Positions 40,200 to 52,096 of a stretch of DNA of 64,000 nucleotides are shown here, piece after piece; position 1 is the first letter of the stretch; each line of letters begins with the position of its first letter. The stretch spans positions 1-64,000 of the forward strand of contig MU271391.1 of the NCBI GenBank assembly GCA_021432655.1, read 5' to 3'. A model generated the notes under the pieces. It was not told the origin of the DNA and searched no databases. It saw only the letters and a list, made by a program, of their open reading frames with translations. The translations under genes and the position numbers were made by a program. This stretch comes from Atractiella rhizophila (Eukaryota).

Positions 40200-41216
40200 A
40201 TGGTCGAAACGCGCACGATAGTAACCCTCACCTCTCTCCTCCTCGGTGGCTCTTTCATTGGGTACTGCGTCTACTTCGACCATCGGCGGCGGCACGACAC
40301 TGCGTTTCGTCAGCATTTAGGTATATTCTTACCACATACATTTCGCACATTCTAACTGTGATTGGGTGTATTAGAGAAGCTACATGGCTCAAGAACAACA
40401 GGCACTGGGTCAGCTGGTGTCAAGAGTGGCTCCGGAGGTGGGAAGAAGCCACCGACGAAGGCAGAGCTTGAAGAAGCTGTGAAGGAGACGAGGAAGGCGA
40501 ATGAGGAGTTTCAAAAGAGTGGAGTGACACCTCAAGGACTGGAACGGAGGTTTATGGAGGATATCGCTATTGGAGAACAGTTGGCACAGGCTGGTTCGTT
40601 CATTTTATGCAAAAGTCACCAGAAAGGGGCGGCTGTTGATCTATGATGTGATGTGTACAGGAGAGCTCTTGAAGGCCGCTACCAGCTTCTATCGCGCTAC
40701 TTCCTTCTATCCTTCTCCTCGTGACCTCTTGGCCCTCTACGAGTCTTCCCTCCCTCCGGAAGTCTTCTCGCTGGTCATGCAGATGATGCAGATTGAGTAC
40801 GTTACTGCCCTCCTCCTTTCCTTTTCCCCAACAAACTGTTTTCAATCTCCAGTATCACGATGCCCCAAAATGCTAGCACGACTTCAACGAAGCCCAAGAA
40901 ATCCACCAAGACGAAGGGAAAGAAGTCACCATCTTCATCCAGCTCAGTGGGTACGTTGTGTCTTTCCTGCTTTTCTTCAATCCTCCTCTAATCTTCTCTA
41001 ATCTTTTTCACAGCGGAACCAGTGCCAGCCGATGCCATCCTCCAAGAAATCCTCTCTGAAGAATCTGTGTCTGTCTCGGCCCCCGAGTCTAACGCTGCAG
41101 TAGAAGCGAAAGAGGGATCACGTCCTTCTACTCCCTCGTCGATGGCTAGCGGGGAGGGTAATACGACTGTTGTCGGTGCCAGTTACGTGCAGGTAGAGGT
41201 GCAACCACAGGAGTGA
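40200..41216 (+). CDS. TOM20: Mitochondrial import receptor Tom20
   Basis: N-terminal anchor followed by GYCVYFDHRRRHDTAFRQHL, FMEDIAIGEQL and AATSFYRATSFYPSPRDLLALYESSLPPEVF. Confidence 0.9.
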
Positions 41217-41645
41217 GGTCGGAAGAAGGGACTTTGTCGAAGACAATGAAAAGTAACATATTTTCGTTTCATTACAGCTCTTAGTGTCGTATGTGCATAC
41301 AGAAGTTGTTTGAGGAGCCTCAATTTATCGCACCGTTCACCAATTCAATTTAAGGTCGAAAGCTTTGCCTTTAATGCAGTTTTCACGGCGACAAGCTCCT
41401 CCAGCTGGTCAACATTCGATGACGTTCAATGTTCTGTTCTAGCTTACGAGGCAATGGCTGATGATTGTTTGCCATCTAAGCCTGGACAACTGGATTCTGA
41501 GTTTGTATTCGAACCTTCAATTTGTGACTGTCATTTCCCCAGTATCCATGGCTCAGTCTACAGCTAGGTACAACGAGAGAGGACCATGCAGGAACATATC
41601 TATGTGATGGTTGCTACTTACTAAGTACCAGTTTCCAGAGTGAGC

Positions 41646-43227
41646 TCAGATCATATAAAACAAACCAGAGTGACCACTATTCTGCCGACTACGACGAGGA
41701 TTCCGAAATGTTGGCCGGATTGTGTTCTCGGGATCCATTTGGTGTCCGTCGATGAGGCAAAGCTCGAAAGAACGACCACGGCAGAAGTAGAACAGCAGTT
41801 CCTCCGATCTGAGGATCACAGACCTCGACAAAGACAAAGACTGAAACATCGGACCTGAGACGAGAGAATCAAAGTCCCATTCACCAAAGAAGGGGATGAT
41901 TTCAATATGTTGCACCATTTTTCTCTGGGTTTCATTTAATATGGTAAGATATTGGAACAAACTGTCGGCCGTTATGGAACAGCCACAGTAGTGAAAACAG
42001 ACATTTTCGAGCGACTCCAACAGTGCCAAGTTGAGAAACAGTTGAGAGGATACAAAGCCAGAACAGTCGTGCCCCCCATCAAGCGAAACTACTCTCAATC
42101 GAGGAAAGGGTTGGTCGAAGCAAGGTGTTTGCCCAAAGAATATCATTGGAAGCTGGAAGGCGATGGCGGAGTAGTCTTGCCAAGTTACTGAACGAGGCTT
42201 ATGGAATAATAGTGCTACAGCAAGGAGTGTAGATTGGAAATGGAGAAGGAGAGAATAAAGGGCTGGAGGTGTGATGCTAAAAAAAGAGTCAATTGACAAG
42301 AATTCTAGCTGACTGGCATTGACAAGTTCAACAAGTTGGAGTTCTTCGTCAGACACAGCGCACTGACTTAGCTTGAGACTTCGCATGGAAGGCATAAAAA
42401 TGGACTTCTTGAATCTTTTGGATGAGGAATGTAGTCCTGTGAGTACCAGACGTCGGATTCTGCATTTGCCTAAGGCTTGAAAAATGACTGCGAGAGAGTT
42501 ATGATGGCGTCCCATTGGTATTGGAGCAAACTCGAGGTAGAGATCGAAACTAGATCCGGCAAACGTAGTCTTGAGCTGCTTGAGGCACTTTGCCAGTTCA
42601 AGGTTCGGCCACGGTAGTCCAGCAAGTCTGATAGAGTTCGGCCCTGGTGGTCTAGCAAATCTGATAGAGAAGGGTTCATATCGCACAGCCAATAGAAAGT
42701 CTTTCCAGTCATCATAATTATTGGGAGGAGGGTTTCCAGCGAAAGGCATCACCAGGGTAAAGCGATATATTCGACCTAATGTCGATATATACGGATGAGA
42801 AGCGTCCAACGTTCCGTCTTCATGGCACTTTTGCAAGATCTGAAGTGCGAGTCTGGCCCAAAGTACGCAAGTGCCTCGCAGTTTCGAAACCTGCTCAACC
42901 CATTTCGCCAAGTGGAGACCCTCCTCCTCCGTGGTCGAAGGCAAACATAAGTAAAAGATTTGTAGCAAAATTTCGACAGGCAATCGTCCTATTGAGCAAA
43001 TTTGCGGAGCTCGGTAGATCCGGTGGCGGTCACCAGCAACATTAAGGCGTTCGTTGAACCGATGATAAGGGCTTTGTAGACCTGCTATTGAACTCAGAAA
43101 GGGTCATCAGTGGTGGTGTGTTTATACCAAGCTGCGTCCTTAGTCTATCGACAACGTTCTGAAGCTGATGAAGCAGGCCAGAGCGGCGTGAAAGCGGCTT
43201 GCTTTGTTTGGCCGTCGACTCGGTCAT
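41646..43227 (-). CDS. F-box-like / LRR-like protein, distant member 3 of the local family
   Basis: Short exon 1 (MTESTAK...) splices by a GT-AG intron into the frame CSIGRLPVEILLQIFYLCLP; LRR-like IRRLVL, MRSLKL, LEFLSI; LDGGHDCSG and IIPFFGEW motifs. Confidence 0.7.
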
Positions 43228-43694
43228 CAGGTAAATTCCAGCTATGTCGCTTGGTTATATCTTCATCTCAACGAAGTTAAGCAATGAGTTTTGAAATTGT
43301 CTGCAGTAAATTAGTGTCGCCGTGAGCGACAACTGAGGTGAATCGTCATGATGGTCATGCTTCAAACGCAAGCGTGCCTAGTGTATGCATGCCCTAATAC
43401 AACCTGGAATGGGACCTTTTTCAAGTTGTTCTTTAGTCGAACACTAGACAATACTCAAAGAAGGATACTCCCAATATCCAATATTTGTCTTATCGCCCAT
43501 AGATCCCGCTTGTCCGAAGGAAATGGCAGGTAAGGACTATCGCATCGGAAAAACATTTCATGCAGGTTAAATGCCACCGCATTCTCCAAAGACTAATGAG
43601 CATTACCGCGCAGTTTCCAGTCATCAGTCAACAAAGTGCGATCTGCCATGCGAGGGGGAGGTTTGTCTACTTGAGTCTTCACAGCATCCTCAAA

Positions 43695-44896
43695 ATGGAG
43701 CAACTTCACTCGGTCATGTGCTCATTCTACTCTTTACCACCCTTCGCCGCTTCAGCCTCAGAATTCGCAGAATGGAAGCCCGCAGATAATCCAGCAGGAC
43801 ATCGGTAGGCATCACGCTCAAAAGCCATACAGGCTGAACATATTGGTAATGTGAAGCGGTCGTTACCTTTGGACGGACGCCTTTGGGGTTCTCAACCTTC
43901 TCACGCTGGCCGTCAAGTGTCCTTCCCTAAAGGTCTACTACATCTCTCTCGCCTCTTCCCTGATTTCCACCGTCCACGAAACCTTGGGGATGCAGCGACA
44001 CCTTGCCCATCCATTGGTTGCAGCATCTCCTGCCCATCCGCTCAGGGGTGGACTAAGAATAGGGAAGCTAGAAGACGAAGATGATCCTGGTGGAGATGGG
44101 GACGGACAATACCACCACTATTTGACGCTCTGGATGTTTGCGCTGTACAAAATGGCTAAAATCAGCGAACAACAGCATTACCTCCTCCTTGCGGTGGAGC
44201 TTGCGAAGAGCATCCAAACTGCGTTCGTTTATCAACCCCAAGAAGGACGAAAGCGCATGTATTGGAAATGCTCCATCGACCTCTCCCGACCCCTTGTCAG
44301 GTCCGAAGGAAATCTCGACCCCGTCAATGGCTTCTGCATCTTGCGCCTATTGCAAAACGCAATGGAGGAGGCAGGAGCGGAAGGAGAATCGTTGAAAGAT
44401 GAAATTGAAGATTACAGAGAAATGGTGGAGGAAAAATTCAATTCTTATTCAAGCTCAGATGCACTCGATCTTGGTATGACGCTCTGGACGACTCATTTCT
44501 TTGCTGACAGTGAACAATGGGCAAAAACGATGCAAATCTCTGCTCTTTCCAATCTTAGTACATATTCCTGTATTTTCCTCACGATAATTGCTAACGTCTA
44601 TCTCTATGGTAGAACGTCTGTTCTCATCTAACGGAGGATACTTCTCACGTCCATCAAGCCAACGCCTCGCCTTCCGCGATTTTGGCACGGTTCTTGGTTT
44701 GCGGTGTGTTGAAGCTTCACAAACGATGAATGAGGAAAAGGAGTTCTGCATGAAAAACTCGGATCTTGTTATGAAATTCTGGGAAGAGAATGGAATTAAT
44801 GAAGAAATAAGAGGTGAGAAAGAGGATATGCTGGGATTGAGGTTTATTGATGGAGTGATGTATGCAGCGGGATTGGATGCCACCGCTTTTTTGTAA
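43695..44896 (+). CDS. Conserved uncharacterised protein (GRYLWTDAFG / DGQYHHYLTLWMFAL type)
   Basis: Spliced ORF with GRYLWTDAFGVLN, GGLRIGK, DGDGQYHHYLTLWMFAL, MYWKCSIDLSRPL, DALDLGM, RLAFRDFG. Confidence 0.8.
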
Positions 44897-44941
44897 GGAA
44901 GAACGAAACACATACATCACTCCATCGATAAACCTCAATCC
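44834..44941. repeat. 31-bp inverted repeat with a 46-nt spacer
   Basis: 44834-44864 GGATTGAGGTTTATTGATGGAGTGATGTATG matches the reverse complement of 44911-44941 at 30 of 31 positions. Confidence 0.95.
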
Positions 44942-45235
44942 AAAGTCTCGACTGCAATAAGAGTCTTGATGTGCAGATTTGCCTCACAAGGCTGACGGAT
45001 GTAGGTAACAATGAGCCAGAAGAATACGAGACTGATACACCAAATTCGACACTGATGAGATACTTACGAGAGAAATCAATCGAAGTCCTACCTTTTCAGT
45101 TTCTGTCTTCCTGTCCTTAAAACTTCAGAAGCGATATCGAGCTTGGTGGACGGACATGGGAAGTGGAAGGAACACAACGCGTCGTGGCCGGAAGGCCGGA
45201 CGGAGGCGCGGCTCTGGGGAAGTTTTGCAACGAGG

Positions 45236-46385
45236 ATGTCAGCACGAACGAGTTCGCAAGCGTTCCGCCAGCTGTTTCCACAAGCACTCACACGCTTCGG
45301 TGGTGGCCGCTTCAAGGGCGGTAGTGGAGGAGATGGCCCTAATCTAGGTGGTTTCATTGGCGGTGGAGCCGGGTTGGCGACTCTTCTCGTTGGCAGTTTG
45401 GTGGTCAGTAATGCGCTTTATAATGGTGAGAATATTCCTTCTTCGTCGCAGCATGGGATGAAAAGTGATGAATGATGCAATTAAGTGGACGGTGGACACC
45501 GTGCTATCAAGTATAGCAGAATTCATGGTGTGCGGCCTGAGGTGTATTCAGAAGGAACACATCTCCGCGTAAGCTCTTCTCGCCTCTTCTTGAACACGCT
45601 AACTTTTTGAAAGGTGCCTTGGTTCGAGACGCCTATCATCTACGACGTGAGGGCAAAACCGCGAAACATCGCTTCCCTAACAGGGACAAAAGACTTGCAA
45701 ATGGTCAACATCACCATCCGAGTTCTCTCCCGTCCACGAGTCGAGTCCCTAGCCACCATCTATCGAGAGCTAGGGCAAGACTACGACGAGCGCGTCCTCC
45801 CTTCGATTGTGAACGAGGTCCTCAAATCTGTCGTCGCACAATTCAACGCTTCACAACTCATCACCCAGCGAGAGATGGTGTCTCGTCTCGTGCGTGAGAA
45901 CTTGACGCGCAGGGCAGCCCGCTTTAATTTGGTCTTGGATGACGTATCCATCACCCACGTCGCCTTCAGCCCTACCTTCTCAGAGGCCGTAGAAGCCAAA
46001 CAGATTGCTCAGCAGACGGCACAACGCGCGGCTTACCTGGTGGACCAAGCCATTCAGGAGAAGCAGAGTATCATCGTGAGAGCTCAGGGAGAAGCGAAGA
46101 GTGCTGAGCTCATTGGTGAGGCTGTCAAACAGAACAAGGGTTTCTTGGCTCTGTAAGTGGCCGATTTTCGTTGTAGGGAAACAGAAGACTGATGAGTGTG
46201 GAAGGCGTCGGTTGGAGGCTGCGAAGGAGATTGCGGGTGCCCTTTCGAACAGCAGCAACAAGTTGATGATCAGCGCGGATACGTTGATGCTTCCAAGTGC
46301 GTCTTCACTCTTCATCGAAAGCGAGTTCTCATGAGTTGTTCCTTGTGCAGCACGTGAGGACGAGAAGAGTGATAAGAAGAAGTAA
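45236..46385 (+). CDS. PHB2: Prohibitin-2
   Basis: [77 protein letters not shown]. Confidence 0.96.
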
Positions 46386-46886
46386 TCAAAAGGACCCGCA
46401 TCTCATGCTTAATGGTTCATTCGTTTTCTTGTGCTGGATCCCAAGTCAATCCATTTAGTGCAACTCTCTTCTCCACACAAAATTTCGAAAAGAAACGCAT
46501 CTCAGTACCTTCAAGCTCGTCCGCGAAGCGCAATGCGTTAATAAATAAATTTGAGGAAGAGCACTAACCAAGTCGAAAGCAGTCAAGTTCTCAAGTTGAG
46601 CTAGGTAGGGACAAAGCATCATAAATTTCATGAAGCAAGCATGAAGTGAATTACATTTTACCGCCAAACGTGGGCTCTCCACCGCCAGAGTGAAAGGAAA
46701 TCACAGCTCACAGCACATATTAGTACCACTGTACGACAAGACGAAGCGGTCACGCAATCCCACAGAAATGATGGAGTACAGAGCACAGAAATTGAATAGA
46801 AATCGATAATGGATGCAATGAGTATTGAGCCGGTCGAGACGAAATGATATAGAACATGTCGACATCAAGATGTGAGTTTGGATGTT

Positions 46887-49101
46887 CTACATGATGAGGC
46901 AACCCCGGGAAAACCACCACTGTTCCATATTTCGCGTTTCGTCAATGATCAATGTGTTGCGACGAGAGGGAAGGATGAAAGCGTACAGAAGAACGAAGCT
47001 GAGTTATCCAGTGAACGATGAGTCTTAAACGCGTCTTTGCGCTTCTACTATCCACCCGAAACCGAACCGAACATAGTCAGCCAAAGACAAAGATAGACGA
47101 TTTTGAGGATGGGAGGCTGGGGAGGACGCACATTCGTAGCAATCTAACCTTTTCATGATCATCAATCGGCAGCACAGCGGCTATCCACCACCCAAACTTC
47201 TCCAACGCCACCCTTCTGCTCTCTGGGTCCCCATCCCCATCCCCCTCCTCCAACCCGCCGGCAGGGAATCGAACGTCGGGCATCGTCCCGAATGCCGTGT
47301 CTAGCCTCTGGAGCAGCCACGGTTGTGAGCCGCTCCGGATGGAGTCGATGAAGCCGTGGCATTCGCGGACAAGGGATGGAATGTCGTCCGGCGTTCCTGA
47401 TGCTAGCTGGGGGTTGGAGGGAGGAGGACCTGGAGGGGGGAGCGGAGGAAGTGGGGAGGAGGGGATGGAGGTGGTGGATGCTGAGGGAGGCATCACGGCT
47501 GGAGAGGAAGGGGCAGCGTAGAAGGATGGGATGGAGACAGGAAGAGACGAAGTGGATGAGGATGAGGAAGGGGCAGGTGGAACTAAAGGCAATGTCGTGG
47601 TCGCGGAATAGCTCGTCCCTGCTACGGTTGGGGTGGACGACGAAACGACCGAAGTGGACGGATATTCCCTCCCATCCTCTTCCTCATCGAAAGGCAAGTC
47701 CTCCACATCCTCCAGGCTTCCAACGATATATCCATCCACCGTCCCCCTCTTCAACACCTTGAACCTACCCACCCCAAGCGCCTCGATCCAGACTCTTCCT
47801 CCTTCCGCACTCGCACCACCACCTTCCTCGCCATCAGAAACCCGAACGACCTTCATCCAAGTCCCATACTCGCCGACACCCGCACCTCCGCTCATGTCAG
47901 GTAAACAGATCCCAAACAGGCGATCGGACGAAGCGAGGACTCTGCGGAGCAAGAGTCGATGGCGAGGTTCGTGGAGGGAAATGTAGGCTGGAAGTAGGGG
48001 GAAAACGAGGGAATGAATGAAGATGGGGGTTGGGAGGTCGTTGGGTAATTCGGATGCTATGAGTTTCAAGCGATATTCGGTATGTGGTCCAAACGGTCCT
48101 TCCAATATCGCCTCCAGAGCTAAATTCCTATTCCTCCCACCTTCCTTCTCCTTTCCCTTCCCAACATCGACTGGGAGGAAAGGTAAGAATCCTAACTCTT
48201 TGACGGGATGTCGGCAGGATGGGCAGGCTGGGTTATGGTCCAAGGAACGGGAAAGACATGTGAAGCAGAAGGTGTGTCCGCAGGAGGTGATGATGGGTTG
48301 GAGGAACAGAGAGAGGCAGATCTGACATTCGAGTGTCCCGAGGACATCGGAGGAAAACGCGTGAGCTGATTTCGGGGGTAGGAGGATGGTCCGAGCTCGC
48401 TTCTTGCCTTTCCAACGAGTTGAGCGGCGACGTCTTCGCTTCCCGAGGCTCACGCTGTTGTTGTCATTGTGGTTGTCGTCGTCGTTATCGTTGGTATTGG
48501 AGGTGGAGGAGCCGGAGAGAGGGAGAGCGGTGTCGGAAATGCCTGAGGAGAGCGAGTCGGTGCTACCTGCTCTCTCCATCGTTCTTCGTTCTAGATTTCC
48601 TCCTTCTTCGTCCTCAATTTCATGGCTGTCGACATCCAAAAACCCATCCTCCTCCTCCTCCGCACTCCACATCCGATCCTGAATCCTCTCCCATAACCCA
48701 TCTCCGTCACCGGGTAAGGAAGTGGTAAAGTCGCGCAAGAGGCGGACGAGCTTTGAAAGTACCACGTCTGTCCTCGCGGTCTCTCTCGAATCAGATAGAA
48801 CGCCGGAACAACCTAATACTGGACAACTTCTTCCTCTTCCTCGTTCTTCAGAAGGAGCCTTCACATCATCCCCAATCTTCAAAGTGAGATCCTCTTCATC
48901 CTGCCCGTGCGACGATGAAGGCGAAAAGAGACAGTTGGAGCAAACTGAGTGCGAACACGGCAGCGTTATGGGATCTCGAAGGATGCGGTGACACTTCGGA
49001 TGACAGCAGCGGAGAGAATGAACGAGAGAGAGGAAGATGAGTTTGGCGTGCGGGAGGCTGGGCATCGTCGGTAAAAGGGAAGGAGGAGGAGGAGGATGCA
49101 T
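46887..49101 (-). CDS. LON peptidase N-terminal domain and RING finger protein (LONRF-like E3 ligase)
   Basis: Two RING fingers (C..C.PITLPCSHSVCSNC..CP; CQICLSLF..TSCGHTFCFTC..CPSCR), LON substrate-binding domain (PIFIHSLVFP...HEPRHRLLLRR), and a spliced end WWFSRGCLIM*. Confidence 0.87.
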
Positions 49102-52096
49102 CGTTTGACCTTTAATGTGAACGAATTAAATGATATTTCGACCGGGGAAGATGGTATGAAATGGATGGTAAGAGGAGAATGAACAGCGCTCAGTATAAGA
49201 GACAACAGAAAAGAGAAAGACGTGACAGAGAGAGACGTATAGAAAATGAGCGGAGTTGGCAAAATCGAGATCCTCACCTTCTCGATCTTGATGTCCCTCA
49301 GCCTCAGTCTCCCTCGGAGGCGACAACCCACTCGCCACCGCCCTTCCCGCATCAGAAAGCGACGCTTCCATGACCAACACAACGCCAATTCCTAAGCGAT
49401 ATATTCCTAGCAAAAGATGCCAGTTCTTGTACCCGGCTGAATGACCTCCGCCATTTCACACTCGGCCCCTCCCCAACCCTACGCGTTCCGTAAACTAAGT
49501 CGAGACCCCAATATCAAGTTGAGACCCCGGAGCAAGCACAATGCAGCTAATTACAGTATCTAGAGAGCTAATTGCCAGGTCGCGAAAACTGTAAGTATGT
49601 GGCAAAAGTTGGTTGAGGCCAGATCGCGATTTCGGTTCCGTTGCCCAAGATCAACTTTGACTTTGACTTTGAGAAAGAGACGACGATCGTGCGAGGAGGA
49701 TTGGGGAGATTTGACGCGTTATAGTGCCGCGGTGGAGCTAGATTATCAGTCGCGAGGCAGAAGAATAGTGAGTTCTGGTGGGTGGACAGGTATAGAGAGA
49801 AGGATAAAGGTGTGTATTCCTTTGGGCACGCTTGGGTTTGGCGTGTGGGTTGTGGTTGTGCTGCAGGAGACAAGGGATGGATTTTTTATTCCTTTCCCCT
49901 CTGGGACCTCTGTATAGACCTGGATTCCTTTTCGATATTGACGTGAACAAGCGTCAGCGCTCAGTGACGCCACCTGTCAGTCTAGAGATTTCGCTCTGAA
50001 GGATCAGAAGGCGGAGAGCTCGTTAGCGCTTCTTTTCTTTTTCAATCTCCCCTTCAATCTACCTCCTTATTGAATATTCAGAATCTAGCGACCGTCTGGT
50101 CAATGGTTCATGCAACGTTCATGTCCCTCCAGACCGCACAAGACCGCTCTGTCAATTTATTCTCTATTCAAAGATCGTTTTCCGGATCTATATCGACCTG
50201 ACCCCAAATTGTTGGGTCCAGCTGGAACCAAGCTGGGTCCGCCATCGGTCCCTGTTTCTACTGATCCGACCTACGGTCGATTGAGTGGAACGGTACAGAG
50301 TTTGGAAACTACAGGAGGTCGCGATTCTTTCCCCCATCAGAATAGGAATGGGAGGGGAGTTGGATCAAGGTGGAGATCCTTCCCTGATTCTTTCACTGTT
50401 CCTAAAGGCAAAGATGTGGGTTGATTGAGCTCTCACGAGTGAAACAGCTTTCCTGGTAACACAGAGTAATCAGATTCCATCGATCCGTTCCCAATGATCA
50501 ATAGAGGAGATGGGATGAGATGGATGGAGGCAAGTTGCTTTGCGAGTGTTTAATTCCGATGCGCTCTTCAGTTGCTGAAGTGGACTCAAGGGATTGTAAC
50601 CAGGATGGGGAGATCGTGCTTCACTGTCATAATTGGACTCTTTGATTCTCCGCGCTCGTCTTCAAGTATGATACCGCTGGTGGCAGTGACAGTGGCAGTG
50701 AGGGAGACAAAGTCTCATATCCTTCAGAAGTAGGACATGTAGAAATATATGTGATCGCAAAGATCCTTATGAGCAAAAAACATGTAGCTGTAACCCTACA
50801 CCTGCGTCTGCCACAAACAAGGCTTGCCGTCTTGTCCAGGAGAGGTCTGGTGCCGGAGCAGTGTTGTTGAGGGAGGTCAAGCCTTTTTCAACAAACTGTC
50901 AAAGCTCTTGAATCGACCATTGGCACGATCTTCAAACATGCCGGGATCCTCAAATCATCTTGTTCAAACGTTACTTCTAGCTGCTCGTTTTAAGGAGAAA
51001 TGGGTAACAAGATAAGTTCCCAGCGAGGCATGATCCAAAATAGTAAAGATTGCTCAATGTGTTGTAACTTCCTTCACGTTCGTTTGTCTGCCATACATAC
51101 GAAGGTCACGGTTGGCACAGCGCGTGTTTCAAGATGATCCAGCTAGATGCTACTCTTGAACAGGTTGTAGAACGACACCTTGGCCAACGGTCTACGCTAA
51201 GGAGTCGTTGGACCATTGCTTCGTATAGGGAAGCCGTTTCTAATGCCATATATGGGAGTTGGTATGGAGATCCTTCCGGCGTCAGTGCTAGAACTTTGGG
51301 CGACAGGAGGACAACTGGCTGCATTTAGTGTGTGAACCCATCGATTAATAGGGGAAGTCGCCTTTTTGATCACAGGCTATCGTCTGTAATCATGAATACT
51401 GTGAAAGAGAGAGGCATCGCTCAGGACAAGTGAAAGCAAATCGGCTGTTCCGAGTTAGGGCTCTTTGGTTGCGTAACCTGCAGGAGAGATAATATCTGCT
51501 TCATTGCACATGTTCTACCGTATGCTCACGTCGAGGTAGTCAATGCTGTCGTGGAGCGTAATCCCGCTTACACCTTCATTAAGGTCGAACCTAGGTATTC
51601 TGGATGCTCCTCTCAGAATAAACCCTCTTTGGTGTCTTTCTGGTTGAAGTTTGGGTTCATTATCCCACCGCATCAACAGAAACGACATCATTGAATCTTG
51701 ATTATGTTAAAGGGCTGTGCTTCGTTTTCTGCGTGCTGCTGTCAACCACAACCTCAATTCATCGATATTCCCAACTTGAGGAAAGTCTTACTTCCCTACC
51801 TTCCCTTTTCAAACCAACGTTGTTGGATAGCCATTGGAAGGTTTTTCAAGGAGGGCGATGCAGAGGGTGGTTTGTATTGTCACGTGCTTTGTTACAATCA
51901 GGCTGCGAGGCCGAACGGAATAATAGGTTACTCTGGGTTACTGATTCCAATTTTGGGTCAAAAGTAGGGCGGACGTCTTGAGGCCGCGAAGGTTTCGCCG
52001 TTGCGAGAAGGGAAAACACATCATTCATTCTCCTTTCGCCCATTTCGCATGGTACCCAACACAGTTCACCTCCACGTAACGACGACCACCGCAAAC

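Noticed and set aside
49400..52000. 2.6-kb intergenic region between LONRF and CK2 with short ORFs
   Set aside because: No coherent spliced gene or element recognised, and the composition looks ordinary.
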